DNA of 64,000 nt from Acutalibacteraceae bacterium (GCA_045602785.1 JAZSCF010000049.1:487-64486), one strand, 5' to 3'; positions 53,974 through 63,997 are shown, counted from the stretch's first letter. The notes: generated by a model not told the origin, from the sequence alone. Numbers and translations are program-made.

Positions 53974-54504
53974 TTATTCTGTCACAATGCTTTCATAAAC
54001 CTTTTCAAAGTTTTCTATAGCGTTATTAGATTCGGCAATGTTTTCGTTAATTTGCTCGCGAGTAGTAGCAAGAGAAGAAAGTAATGTATCAACCTCATTA
54101 ATAAAGTTATCAGAAGTTTTTATTATATTAGCTCTTAGCTCGTTTAAGGAAGCGTGAGCTTCATCAATAGCCGAAAGGTTTTTATCTACTTCTTGCTGTG
54201 ATTTTGCGTTATTTTCTTCGGCATTACTCATAATGGCCTGAGCGCTGCTTTGCGAAACTAAATACAACTTACCGATTTTTTCGGATAGCATTTCAATTTC
54301 ATCTGCTTTTTTAATAAACTCGTTAAGCTTTTCGTTAATTTCATCTTTTTCTTTTGAAAGGGTTTCGTAATCCTTTTTAGCTATTTCAAGCTTATTATTA
54401 AGCTCATCAGTTTGTAATTTGAATTTTTTATGAGTTTTTTCTATATAATCAACAACATCGTTTTGATTAAATCCAAATAGACTTTTTCTAAATCCTATAG
54501 CCAT
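53974..54504 (-). CDS. DivIVA-domain-like coiled-coil protein
   Basis: N-terminal FRKSLFGFNQNDVVDYI, followed by a long heptad-rich acidic coiled coil. Confidence 0.45.
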   Translation of the reverse strand: MAIGFRKSLFGFNQNDVVDYIEKTHKKFKLQTDELNNKLEIAKKDYETLSKEKDEINEKLNEFIKKADEIEMLSEKIGKLYLVSQSSAQAIMSNAEENNAKSQQEVDKNLSAIDEAHASLNELRANIIKTSDNFINEVDTLLSSLATTREQINENIAESNNAIENFEKVYESIVTE

Positions 54505-54623
54505 TTTTTACTTCCTCTCAGTACATATATAACGATTGTAGAGTGCAGATAAAGTACTTTTTTCTACGTTTGAAGACCATTATAACACAGCCGCATATCA
54601 ATTTCAAGTAGCAAATTTTTTAG

Positions 54624-54652
54624 TTGACATAATCAAGTTTTTGTAGTATAAA
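54624..54652 (+). promoter_or_regulatory. Orphan consensus-like promoter in a 328-bp intergenic region
   Basis: TTGACA - 17 nt - TATAAA, about 190 nt upstream of spoIIM. Confidence 0.4.
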
Positions 54653-54737
54653 TATATTACGCCTATAAAAATATTCTTTTTATAACGGCAAAAATAAAAC
54701 GATGATATTTTTCAATCAAGAATTTTAGTTTACATAA

Positions 54738-54775
54738 CAACATAACCACTTTATGTGGTTGTTGGACTGTTTTTA
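54738..54775 (+). terminator. Weak terminator-like hairpin downstream of the orphan promoter
   Basis: aaccac/gtggtt plus a caac/gttg extension with a 2-nt bulge. The T5 run begins 5 nt after the stem. Confidence 0.3.
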
Positions 54776-54844
54776 AAGCACTAAATATAGCTTGGAATAT
54801 CTTGTCCTACGAATGCATAGTATTTCTTAAAGGTGAGTGATACA

Positions 54845-55474
54845 ATGCAAAAGGGAAGAGTATTAAGCATAAAAAATTTTGGGATTTTAGAGTTTTTTAA
54901 AAATAATTCTTTTTTAATTATTGTAACTGTAATTTTTACTGTTGGCTTTTTTATTGGGATTTTCTCAATAAATAATTTTTCCTTCTTAAAAGGTTATTCT
55001 ACTGACTATATAGCTGAATATATTTCTTTAAGAAGCGATACAAGTTTTGGAAGTATTTTTATAAGTTCTTTTTTTGGTTTTTTGTCGGAACTATTTGTTT
55101 TGTTTCTTTTAGGTGCATCGCTTTTTGGAATTATTACTGTTCCTGCAGCAATGCTTATAAAGGGAATAACGCTTGGTGGAGTTACTGCTTATTTATATTC
55201 TACATTCTCATTAAAGGGAATAGCCTTTAATGCAGTTATTATAATACCGCCAACACTTGTGTTTTTAATAATTTTACTTTTGTGTACAAGAGAATCGGTA
55301 CGCTTTTCTATAAAGCTTTCAAGCCTTACTCTACCAAAAGGCCTACCAGTCAATTTGGCATTGGATTTTAAAGATTACACTATAAAATATCTAATTTTAG
55401 CGCTTAGCACAGTTGTATGTGCTTTAATTGATGCAATTATTTCTACAGGACTAATAAAACATTTTACTTTGTAA
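54845..55474 (+). CDS. spoIIM: Stage II sporulation protein M
   Basis: About five TM segments. SD AGGTGA precedes ATG 54845. The conserved spoIIM-xerD adjacency is present. Confidence 0.65.
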   Translation: MQKGRVLSIKNFGILEFFKNNSFLIIVTVIFTVGFFIGIFSINNFSFLKGYSTDYIAEYISLRSDTSFGSIFISSFFGFLSELFVLFLLGASLFGIITVPAAMLIKGITLGGVTAYLYSTFSLKGIAFNAVIIIPPTLVFLIILLLCTRESVRFSIKLSSLTLPKGLPVNLALDFKDYTIKYLILALSTVVCALIDAIISTGLIKHFTL

Positions 55475-55489
55475 AACAGGAGGTGCAAT

Positions 55490-56353
55490 ATGGACTGCTT
55501 GAGCGAGTTTTATAACTATTTATCAATTACTAAGAATTCTTCTGCAAGCACGTTAGAAGCGTATGTTCGTGATGTAAAGCAGTTTGTTACATATTGTCCA
55601 ATGGATTTCAAAATTATTGATACAAAAACGATTGAAAAGTATATTAAAAACCTTAATAAATCTGAGTCTACAAAGCTTCGTGTTTTAGCTTCTTTACGCT
55701 CGTTTTTTAAGTTTTTGTTAGAAAACGGTAAAGTAAATGAAAACCCAACAGATAGTATTAAACTTAAAAAAACTAAAACCCACGATTTAGGCGTTTTAAC
55801 TGCTGATGAAATTGTGCAATTGTTATCGCAACCTGATGGTGATGATTTTAAAAGTGTTCGTGATAAAGCAATGCTTGAGCTTCTTTACGCAACCGGTATA
55901 AAGGTTTCTGAGCTACTTGCAGTAAAGCTTAGTGATGTTAATTTAACTATTGGTATTCTTCACCTGGAAAACGGCGAAAAAGAGCGTATAGTGCCAATTT
56001 ATCCTGCGGCGGTAAAATCACTTACCGACTACATACAAAACGTAAGAAGCGCCATTGTAAGCGATAATGATAACGGTTATTTGTTCACTAATCTTACAGG
56101 TCTTCCAATGTCGCGCCAAGGTTTTTGGAAAATTATAAAATTTTATGCCAATAAAGCAGGTATTAAAAAAGAGATAACCCCCCAAACACTACGCCATTCC
56201 TTTGCGGCGCATTTGCTTGAAAACGGCGCAAAGCTTAAGGATATTAAGGAAATGTTAGGTCATAGTGATATCTCTTCAACTCAAGTATATGCTAAATTTG
56301 TAAAAGAAAAATATGCAAGTAAATATGCAAAATTTCATCCGCTTGCAAAATGA
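55490..56353 (+). CDS. xerD: Tyrosine site-specific recombinase XerD/XerC
   Basis: N-terminal SAM-like domain. Catalytic LRHSFAAHLLENG and GHSDISSTQVY (R..HxxR..Y). Confidence 0.85.
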   Translation: MDCLSEFYNYLSITKNSSASTLEAYVRDVKQFVTYCPMDFKIIDTKTIEKYIKNLNKSESTKLRVLASLRSFFKFLLENGKVNENPTDSIKLKKTKTHDLGVLTADEIVQLLSQPDGDDFKSVRDKAMLELLYATGIKVSELLAVKLSDVNLTIGILHLENGEKERIVPIYPAAVKSLTDYIQNVRSAIVSDNDNGYLFTNLTGLPMSRQGFWKIIKFYANKAGIKKEITPQTLRHSFAAHLLENGAKLKDIKEMLGHSDISSTQVYAKFVKEKYASKYAKFHPLAK

Positions 56354-56362
56354 ATTTATAGA

Positions 56363-56400
56363 ATTAACGGTGCAACTTTTGATTAAGCTGCACCGTTAAT
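56363..56400. terminator. Bidirectional terminator
   Basis: 12-bp stem attaacggtgca/tgcaccgttaat. Confidence 0.7.
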
Positions 56401-56432
56401 TAATTTTAGTATTTAAATTGTAGTTTAAAAAA

Positions 56433-57275
56433 TTATATCTCTAGCCATACACCGTTACTTTTTTCCGCGCTTATAAGGGCATCGCGTATACGCATTACTT
56501 CAAGTGTTTCCGCAGGATTAAAGGGTTCTTTATTTGTTTTAAAGAAATCCATTATTTTCTCTAGTAAATTAACAAAGAAATCAGATGTAATCTCTTTTTT
56601 GCTGAACTCACTATCGCTCATTTGAGCAGCTACGGAAAAGCTCAATTGAGGTGAATATATTATGCAAGATTCAAAATCGTTCAAGGTTTTAAGGTAGCAA
56701 ATTTTACTAGCACCCATTGTTTCCACCTTTACGCTTGTTACTTTATCAGAAAACATTGTAACAAACATTTCAATGGGATGAATCATATATTCATGAAAAT
56801 TACCGCCACCGCCTGTAATTATTGCGTTTTTGAGCCCTTTAAAAGTATCAAGCTCGTTGGCAAATCGTAGGGCGGAAGTTGAGAAAAATGGTGTATTGTA
56901 TTGCTTTGCAATTTGAAAAATTTGTTTTGCAGTTTCATAATCGGGCGCAAAGGTTTTATCTATATATGTGGGCTTGCCAAAGGGAAGCACAGCTTTTGCA
57001 TATTCAAGGTGTGTTTCAGGGTTTGAGGGTGCTAATATAAGAATATAGTCGCTTTTTTCACATAATTCTTCTATTGTATTGCATTTTTCTACGCCGTATT
57101 TTTCGCACCATTCATCTGTGGTTACATTATCGTTAGGGGAGACATCCTTTTGAGCCCATGCATAAGAAAGAACAAAATCAGTGCCAAGCTTTTTGTTTGC
57201 CATTTTTATCCAATCAGGATAATTGTTAGCGTGCCATTCGCTTATATAATAATCGACAAATCCAATTTTTTTCAT
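56433..57275 (-). CDS. Gfo/Idh/MocA-like protein lacking a clear GxGxxG motif
   Basis: KIGFVDYYISEWHANNYP start and YIDKTFA (EKP-like position). Lies 2 nt downstream of the oxidoreductase gene. Confidence 0.45.
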   Translation of the reverse strand: MKKIGFVDYYISEWHANNYPDWIKMANKKLGTDFVLSYAWAQKDVSPNDNVTTDEWCEKYGVEKCNTIEELCEKSDYILILAPSNPETHLEYAKAVLPFGKPTYIDKTFAPDYETAKQIFQIAKQYNTPFFSTSALRFANELDTFKGLKNAIITGGGGNFHEYMIHPIEMFVTMFSDKVTSVKVETMGASKICYLKTLNDFESCIIYSPQLSFSVAAQMSDSEFSKKEITSDFFVNLLEKIMDFFKTNKEPFNPAETLEVMRIRDALISAEKSNGVWLEI

Positions 57276-57277
57276 AA

Positions 57278-58342
57278 TTACAATGCAACCTCACTCTTGT
57301 TTTGTGCAGAGAGATAAAGTTTATCAAGCAGCTTTGCGCTTTCCAAAATATTATCAATATGATTTTTGTTTTTTACGCCTGTAATAACCGATTCGATGAA
57401 CGCCTTGTCTTCGCAAAGGTACATATTGGGTATATCATATTCGGGAGTAATAGTTTCAAGGGTTGAGCCATCATATATTTCAAATTTTCCACCGTATGTA
57501 AGACGGGCGCCACATTTATCGCCAAGAAAGTCAATGAACATTTCGTTTTTATTTATGTTTTGAGCCCAAGCTCCATTGAAAGAAATACTTGCTTTGTTTG
57601 TACGGATATGACCTGTAATAAAGTCATCAACATCATTTGTACCGTTTTCAATATCGGCGGTATCTTCTGCCCACATACCATTGTATTTATAAGATTTCAT
57701 ATCCTTAGCCATTTCACAATATGCGTCACAAGTAACATTCTTGATTTTTGCACCGCCAAGAATGTAAAGTATTAAATCAAGGAAATGAATACCCCAGTCA
57801 ATAAGAACACCACCACCTGATTGTTCTTTTGTTGTGAAAGCACCACCAAGTCCTGGGATGCTTCGGTGGCATCTAAACGAACAGTAAACATGGTATATAT
57901 TACCAAATTTTCCTTCTTTATTCATTTCTTTGAGTAACTCAACAGATTTATTGAAACGGTTGCAAACGCCAATATTAAGTAAAAGACCGCGTTTATTTGC
58001 TTCTTCTGCCATTTTGCAGGAAAGCTCATAGTTTACGGTAATTGGTTTTTCACAAAAGACGTGCTTGTTTGCAGCTAATGCATCCATAGTAATAGTATAG
58101 TGTGAATAGTTTGGAGTAAGCACATAAACAATTTCTACCTCAGGATCACTTAGCGCATCTTTGTAATCTACAATGCAGTTTTCAATTATCGGAAAATCTT
58201 CCTTCATTTTTTCTGCTTTTTGGGGAATAATGTCACAAGCGTACTTTATTCTGATATTATCCATTTGGGTAAAAGCGGGGAAGTGTGATAATCTTGCAAT
58301 TCTGCCGCATCCGATTACGGCAATAACTTTTTTATCGTTCAT
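57278..58342 (-). CDS. Gfo/Idh/MocA family oxidoreductase
   Basis: IAVIGCGRIA Rossmann motif and CEKPIT motif. Confidence 0.85.
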   Translation of the reverse strand: MNDKKVIAVIGCGRIARLSHFPAFTQMDNIRIKYACDIIPQKAEKMKEDFPIIENCIVDYKDALSDPEVEIVYVLTPNYSHYTITMDALAANKHVFCEKPITVNYELSCKMAEEANKRGLLLNIGVCNRFNKSVELLKEMNKEGKFGNIYHVYCSFRCHRSIPGLGGAFTTKEQSGGGVLIDWGIHFLDLILYILGGAKIKNVTCDAYCEMAKDMKSYKYNGMWAEDTADIENGTNDVDDFITGHIRTNKASISFNGAWAQNINKNEMFIDFLGDKCGARLTYGGKFEIYDGSTLETITPEYDIPNMYLCEDKAFIESVITGVKNKNHIDNILESAKLLDKLYLSAQNKSEVAL

Positions 58343-58546
58343 GATAAACCTCCATATGTATAAAAATTGTAAAGGTAATTTATACCCTAATTAAATTATA
58401 TTTAGATCGTAAGTTTAGTAAATGTCATTTTTACACAAAATAGATGTCAATTTTTAATATTCGGCAATATTTCAGCAAATTTTGATGTTAATTTTCAACT
58501 TTTTGTGTTGACATTAATTGATTGGTGAAGTATTCTTATTTAAGGG

Positions 58547-59434
58547 GTGATAACTATTAGCAAAGTTGATTTTCATTTAAGTAGAGTTTACTTTTCCAAT
58601 CCATTAAAGTTTGACAGTATTTTGCTTTTGCAAATTGGCAGAATGTTTTGTAAAGGCGATACCGTTATTGAGCCACATATTCATACAAATTTATATGAAC
58701 TAACAATAGTAACTGACGGTAAAGCAATTATTTCAACTAACGATGTTCCAACTCGGGTAAAAAAGGGAGATATTTATCTATCCCACCCTGGTGATATTCA
58801 TAAAATAGAGTCAGATAAGAATGAACCGCTCAAGTACGATTTTTTTGCTTTTAGACTTAATAACCAAGAGTTTATGGAAGCATTTCATAAAATTGCTCAG
58901 GATTATGCTCCTCCAAATACACGTCTATTCCATGACGACCGAATTCGAACCTTGATAGGCAATGCGATTACTGAACTTGATTCTGATGACCGATTCAAAT
59001 ATGAGCTTTTAAATTTACTTTTTAAACAAATAATGATATATGTTATAAGAGGTTTTGAAAATATTACACCTAAGAAAAACATTCCATATGCCAGAAAATC
59101 TGAACTTTTGTGTCAACGCCTTATGAATTATATTGATACCCATATATATTCAATTAAAAATTTGGAAGAAATATGCTCTGTATTTAACTATAGTTACGGA
59201 TATCTTTCTTCCATATATAAAAAAACAACCAATAATACTTTATTTGATTATTTTCACGGAAAAAGGCTTGATGCAGCAAGATTATTATTAATGGAAAACA
59301 GGCTTTCAATTACAGAAATTTCTGAACTATTAAACTATACTTCTGTGTATTCTTTCAGTAAAGCTTTTAAGGAGTATTATGGCTTATCACCAAAGAATTA
59401 TCAAATATTAAAAAATCAAAACACCGAGAATTGA
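58547..59434 (+). CDS. AraC family transcriptional regulator
   Basis: Cupin N-domain (GDIYLSHPGDIHKIES) and C-terminal HTH (FSKAFKEYYGLSP). The GTG start is uncertain. Confidence 0.8.
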   Translation: MITISKVDFHLSRVYFSNPLKFDSILLLQIGRMFCKGDTVIEPHIHTNLYELTIVTDGKAIISTNDVPTRVKKGDIYLSHPGDIHKIESDKNEPLKYDFFAFRLNNQEFMEAFHKIAQDYAPPNTRLFHDDRIRTLIGNAITELDSDDRFKYELLNLLFKQIMIYVIRGFENITPKKNIPYARKSELLCQRLMNYIDTHIYSIKNLEEICSVFNYSYGYLSSIYKKTTNNTLFDYFHGKRLDAARLLLMENRLSITEISELLNYTSVYSFSKAFKEYYGLSPKNYQILKNQNTEN

Positions 59435-59456
59435 TTTTCTCGGTGTCTCATTTTTT
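59421..59456. terminator. Bidirectional terminator overlapping the AraC stop codon
   Basis: 10-bp stem acaccgagaa/ttctcggtgt followed by T6. Confidence 0.75.
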
Positions 59457-59928
59457 AGTCTTTTTTCTTTTTAATTTCTTCAAGTATTTCTGCTAATAAC
59501 TCTTCAGTAGTAGGAGCTTTTTCTTCTTCCGCTTCTTCTACTACTTCTTCTTTCTTGGCTAATGCTTTTTCGGAAAGCTCTCTTGCCTTAGCAAACATTT
59601 TAATAATAACAAATACAATAAAAGCAATAATCAAGAAGTCGATAATAGTAACAAGTAATGTACCAATGCCAATTGTTACTGCGGGTTCAACAACTGCGCC
59701 GGCTTCATCTAAAACCTCGGGCTTTAAAAGAATGTTAAGCTGGCTTAAATCAAAACCACCGATTAACCAACCAATAAATGGCATAAACACATCGTTTACA
59801 ATGCTTGTAGTAATTTTACCAAAGGCACCTGCAATAATAACACCGACTGCCATATCAATAACGTTACCACGCATTACAAATGCTTTAAAATCCGCAATAA
59901 ATCCTTTAGTTTTCTTAAACATAATCAA
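59455..59928 (-). CDS. mscL: Large-conductance mechanosensitive channel with acidic C-terminal extension
   Basis: FKAFVMRGNVIDMAVGVIIAGAFGKI signature. Confidence 0.9.
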   Translation of the reverse strand: MIMFKKTKGFIADFKAFVMRGNVIDMAVGVIIAGAFGKITTSIVNDVFMPFIGWLIGGFDLSQLNILLKPEVLDEAGAVVEPAVTIGIGTLLVTIIDFLIIAFIVFVIIKMFAKARELSEKALAKKEEVVEEAEEEKAPTTEELLAEILEEIKKKKD

Positions 59929-59934
59929 CTCTCC

Positions 59935-60819
59935 TTAAATATTTTGATATTCTCCGTTTTCTATCATTTGGCCAATAGCCTTTACAACTAAATCCTTGTC
60001 TTCTTTATAGGTAACACCGTACCATTTGTCTTCTGCAACTAAAACATCAACAGTTTTTTCACCTGTTTCAATTAGTGAGGATACAACACTTGGGAGATAG
60101 TATTCACTTTTAGGAGTATTAATTTTTTCATCTAAAAACTCTTTGAAGCCTTTTTCTATGTAGTTAAAAATATCTGGCATAAAGCCCCAAAGGTTCATAG
60201 AAACAACAGTATCGGGTGCTAATGGTTCCCAAGTTTTACCATCATCTTCAGTGAATTTGCAGTCAATTATTTTTGTGCGTTCTGTGATAGATTTAAGGTG
60301 ATTATCATCATCAGCAACACAAACACCGCGTGAAACATAGCCGTTTTCGGTGAGTGTATTTACTAGGCGGAAGCCTACCATACAGTAGTTATTGTCTTCA
60401 CTTTGTAAATACACGGCAGTTTTTTGGAAAGCGCCTGCGCCGTAGAAATCGTCAGCATTAACAACCGCAAAAGGTTCTTTTACAACATCCTTGCAGCAAA
60501 GAATTGCATGTGCAGTACCCCAAGGTTTTTCGCGGTCTTCGGGGACTTTGTAGCCTTCAGGTAGGGCATCAATTTCTTGGAAAACATATTCAACCTTTAT
60601 TTTCTTTTCAATTTTTTTACCAACAATTTCCTTGAAATCTTTTTCAATTGCTTTTTTGATTACAAAAACAACCTTGGTAAAGCCGGCTTTTATAGCATCA
60701 TAAACCGAGAAATCTAGTATAACTTCACCGTTTTTGCCAATAGGCTCAAGTTGTTTTAGGGAGCCAAAGCGACTTCCCATACCTGCTGCCATAACAACTA
60801 AAGTAATATCTTTTTTCAT
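59935..60819 (-). CDS. Sugar-phosphate nucleotidyltransferase family protein
   Basis: VVMAAGMGSRFG motif. ATG 60819 lies within ORF 59935..60828. Confidence 0.75.
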   Translation of the reverse strand: MKKDITLVVMAAGMGSRFGSLKQLEPIGKNGEVILDFSVYDAIKAGFTKVVFVIKKAIEKDFKEIVGKKIEKKIKVEYVFQEIDALPEGYKVPEDREKPWGTAHAILCCKDVVKEPFAVVNADDFYGAGAFQKTAVYLQSEDNNYCMVGFRLVNTLTENGYVSRGVCVADDDNHLKSITERTKIIDCKFTEDDGKTWEPLAPDTVVSMNLWGFMPDIFNYIEKGFKEFLDEKINTPKSEYYLPSVVSSLIETGEKTVDVLVAEDKWYGVTYKEDKDLVVKAIGQMIENGEYQNI

Positions 60820-60846
60820 AAATAACAACTTCTTTCAAAAGTTTTA

Positions 60847-61188
60847 TCAACCGGGAGGCCAAGCTAAATTTCTGCGTGCTAGTAGGTGGAAATGTATGTG
60901 ACCAACGGTTTGACCACCGTCTTTGCCGCAGTTATTAACAACACGGTAGCCATCTTTTAAATTTTCATTTTTTGAAATTTCAGCTACAGCTTCAAAAATT
61001 TTTGCAATATAAATACTGTTTTCAGCGTTTATTTCATCGGCTGATGAAATATGAACCTTTGGTACTATAATTGCATGGAAAGGGGCTTGTGGTTCAATAT
61101 CTAGAAAAGCGTAAACATAATCATTTTCGTAAACCTTGGTTGAAGGAATATCGCCCTTAATTATTTTACAAAATAAGCAATCACTCAT
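60847..61188 (-). CDS. HIT (histidine triad) family protein
   Basis: CLFCKII N-terminus and HIHFHLL triad. Confidence 0.9.
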   Translation of the reverse strand: MSDCLFCKIIKGDIPSTKVYENDYVYAFLDIEPQAPFHAIIVPKVHISSADEINAENSIYIAKIFEAVAEISKNENLKDGYRVVNNCGKDGGQTVGHIHFHLLARRNLAWPPG

Positions 61189-61197
61189 AACTTAACC

Positions 61198-63822
61198 TCA
61201 CTTAATTTGGGATTGAACAACAGATACAACGCTTTCAAGAGCCGATGCAAGCTTTGTAATATCCTTGCCGCCTGCCATAGCGCTATCGGGCTTACCGCCA
61301 CCGTTACCGCCTGTGAACTTAGCAATTTCGCGTACAAGGTTACCTGCATGTACACCCTTAGCAATAGCATCCTTACCGCAAGCAGCACAGAATGTAAGCT
61401 TTTCACCGTTAATACCTGCAAGCAATGCAACAGTATCGGGATTATCTGCTTTAATAATATCACACATTTTGCGTAATTCGTCAGCATTAACACCTTTAAG
61501 CTCTTTTGCGATTACGCGAATATCGTCTAAAGCAACAGCGCCGTCTAAAATACTAGAAAGCTTACTGTTGGCAAGCTGTGCTTCAGCCTTTTCTAATGCT
61601 TTTTGTGTATCCTTTAATTCGTTTATTACAATGTTTGCACGCTTAGCAATATCGTTGATATTAGCAGATTTTAGCGCATCAGCAGTATCGGTTGCTAGCT
61701 TGATGTAGTTTTCAATTACTGAAAGCACATTTGCACCTGTAACTGCTTCAATACGTCTTACACCTGCAGCAACACTTGATTCGGAGTTGATGTGGAACAG
61801 TCCAATTTTTGATGTGTTATCAACATGGGTACCGCCGCAAAGCTCAACTGATACACCTAAAGCATTTACAACACGAACAACTTCGCCGTATTTTTCACCA
61901 AACAATGCCATTGCGCCAAGTTTTTTAGCTTCAGCAATTGGCATTTCGGTATTTTCTACTGTAATAGCGCCAAGTATTGCATTGTTTACATTATCTTCAA
62001 CTGCTTTAAGTTCCTCGGGTGTTAAAGCGGAGAAATGTGTAAAGTCAAAACGAACAATCTTATCGTTTACAAGTTGACCGGCTTGTTCAACATGGTTGCC
62101 TAGCACTGAACGTAAAGCAGCTTGTAAAAGGTGAGCGGCTGTATGATTACGGCGAATAGCAGCGCGTTTTACTGTATCAATTTGAGCCGAAACAGTATCC
62201 CCAACCGAGATAACACCACTTATGAGTGTGCCGTAATGTACAAATATTCCGTTTGTGGTTTTGGTAGTATCGTTTACTGTAAACTCTGCATTTGGGGTTT
62301 TAATAACACCGCTGTCACCAATCTGACCGCCGCTTTCAGCGTAGAAAGGTGTTTTATCAAGCACAATAACAACTTTTTGACCCTCAAAAGCACTTTCTAA
62401 ATGCTCGTTATCAACAACTATATCCAAAACTTTAGCATTTGTACTGTTTTCTGTATAGCCAACAAATTCAGTAGCATCAATGTTTTCAAAGGTAATGCCG
62501 TCACTCTTCCAGCTTTCGCCATCAGATGCCTTACGTGCGTTACGAGCCTTTTGTTTTTGCTCTTCCATTAATTCCTTAAAGCGTTCTTCATCCAAAGTAA
62601 TGCCTTTTTCGTTAAGAATATCTTTAGTAAGGTCGATTGGGAAGCCGTAGGTATCGTAAAGCTTAAATGCATCTTCACCCGAGAAGGTTTTACTGTCTTT
62701 TGTTAATTCTTCAAGCATTGAAAGACCTTGGTCAACAGTTTTGTTGAATGATGCTTCTTCGTTGTTTATAACCTTTGCAATTAGCTGTTGCTTTTCAACT
62801 AGCTCGGGGTAGCCTTGCTTGTTTTCATTGATTACAGTATCGCAAAGTTCCATAAAGAATGGGCGGTTAATACCAATAATTTTACCGTGGCGAACTGCTC
62901 TTCTAATAATACGGCGAAGAACATATCCGCGACCTTCATTAGAGGGGATAATACCGTCGCTAATCATAAATGTAGCGGCTCTTGCATGGTCGGTAATAGC
63001 ACGAATAGAAATATCGGTATTATTGTCTTTACCGTATTCTTTACCTGAAATACGACAAACATTATCTAAAATGTTGCGAATGGTATCAACCTCGAACATA
63101 TTGTCAACATTTTGCATAACACAAGCAAGACGCTCAAGACCCATACCTGTATCAATATTTTTATGTTCAAGTTCGGTATAAGTGCCATCACCCATATTGT
63201 TAAACTGCGAGAATACGTTGTTCCAAATTTCCATATATCTGTCGCAGTCACAACCCGGCTTACAGTCAGGAGAGCCACAACCGTATTTTTCACCGCGGTC
63301 AAAGTAAATTTCACTACAAGGACCGCAAGGACCTGTTCCGTGTTCCCAGAAGTTATCTTCTTTGCCCATTCTTACAATACGTTCTTCGGGTACGCCAATT
63401 ACATCACGCCAGAAGTTATATGCTTCATCATCTTCTTCATAAACGGAAGGCCATAAAAGCTCAGCCGGAATTTCAAGTGTTTTGGTTAAAAATTCCCAAG
63501 CCCAAGTAATAGCTTCGGTTTTAAAGTAGTCACCGAATGAGAAATTACCAAGCATTTCGAAAAATGTACCATGGCGTGCAGTAATACCTACGCGCTCAAG
63601 GTCGGGGGTTCTAATACACTTTTGGCAAGTAGTAACTCGAACACTTGGAGGTGTAACTTCGCCTGTGAAGAACTTTTTCATAGGTGCCATTCCCGAGTTA
63701 ATAAGTAATAAAGATTTATCGTTATTAGGAACCAAAGAGAAGCTTCCAAGCCTTAAATGGTCTTTAGACTCAAAAAATGAGAGATACATTTCTCTAAGGT
63801 CGTTAAGTGAAGTCCATTTCAT
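61198..63822 (-). CDS. alaS: Alanine--tRNA ligase
   Basis: Class II motifs (FFEMLGNFSFGDYF), editing-domain HTAAHLL and CGGTH, and a C-terminal DHHA1 domain. SD AAGGA favours the ATG at 63822. Confidence 0.97.
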   Translation of the reverse strand: MKWTSLNDLREMYLSFFESKDHLRLGSFSLVPNNDKSLLLINSGMAPMKKFFTGEVTPPSVRVTTCQKCIRTPDLERVGITARHGTFFEMLGNFSFGDYFKTEAITWAWEFLTKTLEIPAELLWPSVYEEDDEAYNFWRDVIGVPEERIVRMGKEDNFWEHGTGPCGPCSEIYFDRGEKYGCGSPDCKPGCDCDRYMEIWNNVFSQFNNMGDGTYTELEHKNIDTGMGLERLACVMQNVDNMFEVDTIRNILDNVCRISGKEYGKDNNTDISIRAITDHARAATFMISDGIIPSNEGRGYVLRRIIRRAVRHGKIIGINRPFFMELCDTVINENKQGYPELVEKQQLIAKVINNEEASFNKTVDQGLSMLEELTKDSKTFSGEDAFKLYDTYGFPIDLTKDILNEKGITLDEERFKELMEEQKQKARNARKASDGESWKSDGITFENIDATEFVGYTENSTNAKVLDIVVDNEHLESAFEGQKVVIVLDKTPFYAESGGQIGDSGVIKTPNAEFTVNDTTKTTNGIFVHYGTLISGVISVGDTVSAQIDTVKRAAIRRNHTAAHLLQAALRSVLGNHVEQAGQLVNDKIVRFDFTHFSALTPEELKAVEDNVNNAILGAITVENTEMPIAEAKKLGAMALFGEKYGEVVRVVNALGVSVELCGGTHVDNTSKIGLFHINSESSVAAGVRRIEAVTGANVLSVIENYIKLATDTADALKSANINDIAKRANIVINELKDTQKALEKAEAQLANSKLSSILDGAVALDDIRVIAKELKGVNADELRKMCDIIKADNPDTVALLAGINGEKLTFCAACGKDAIAKGVHAGNLVREIAKFTGGNGGGKPDSAMAGGKDITKLASALESVVSVVQSQIK

Positions 63823-63861
63823 AAAAAACATCCTTTTTTCTATATTTAAACATACAAATTA

Positions 63862-63890
63862 ATTATATACTAATAGGTCTAATTTGTCAA
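63862..63890 (-). promoter_or_regulatory. Perfect-consensus sigma-A promoter for alaS
   Basis: On the minus strand: TTGACA - 17 nt - TATAAT, about 35 nt upstream of the start codon. Confidence 0.7.
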
Positions 63891-63968
63891 TAAAATTGGG
63901 GCGTTTTTCGCCCGTTATATATATTTTTGATTTATCGTTTTATCAAAAAAAATTCATCTTTAGAATTC

Positions 63969-63997
63969 TTGAAAAATTAATAAAAATGTGATATTAT
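63969..63997 (+). promoter_or_regulatory. Candidate promoter reading out of the window
   Basis: TTGAAA - 17 nt - TATTAT with TGa extended -10. Confidence 0.4.

Noticed and set aside
55490-56353. The tyrosine recombinase was considered as the integrase of a mobile element or prophage.
   Set aside because: It has the size and motifs of XerD/XerC and the conserved spoIIM-xerD neighbourhood. No flanking att-like repeats, phage genes or tRNA target are present.
61185-63456. Numerous 60-150-aa ORFs on both strands inside alaS (for example 61265..61708 +, 62819..63181 +, 61185..61493 -).
   Set aside because: They lie entirely within a long gene with unmistakable AlaRS motifs. Their translations are low-complexity (Ser/Ala/Ile-rich) and lack SD sequences. 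They are shadow ORFs.
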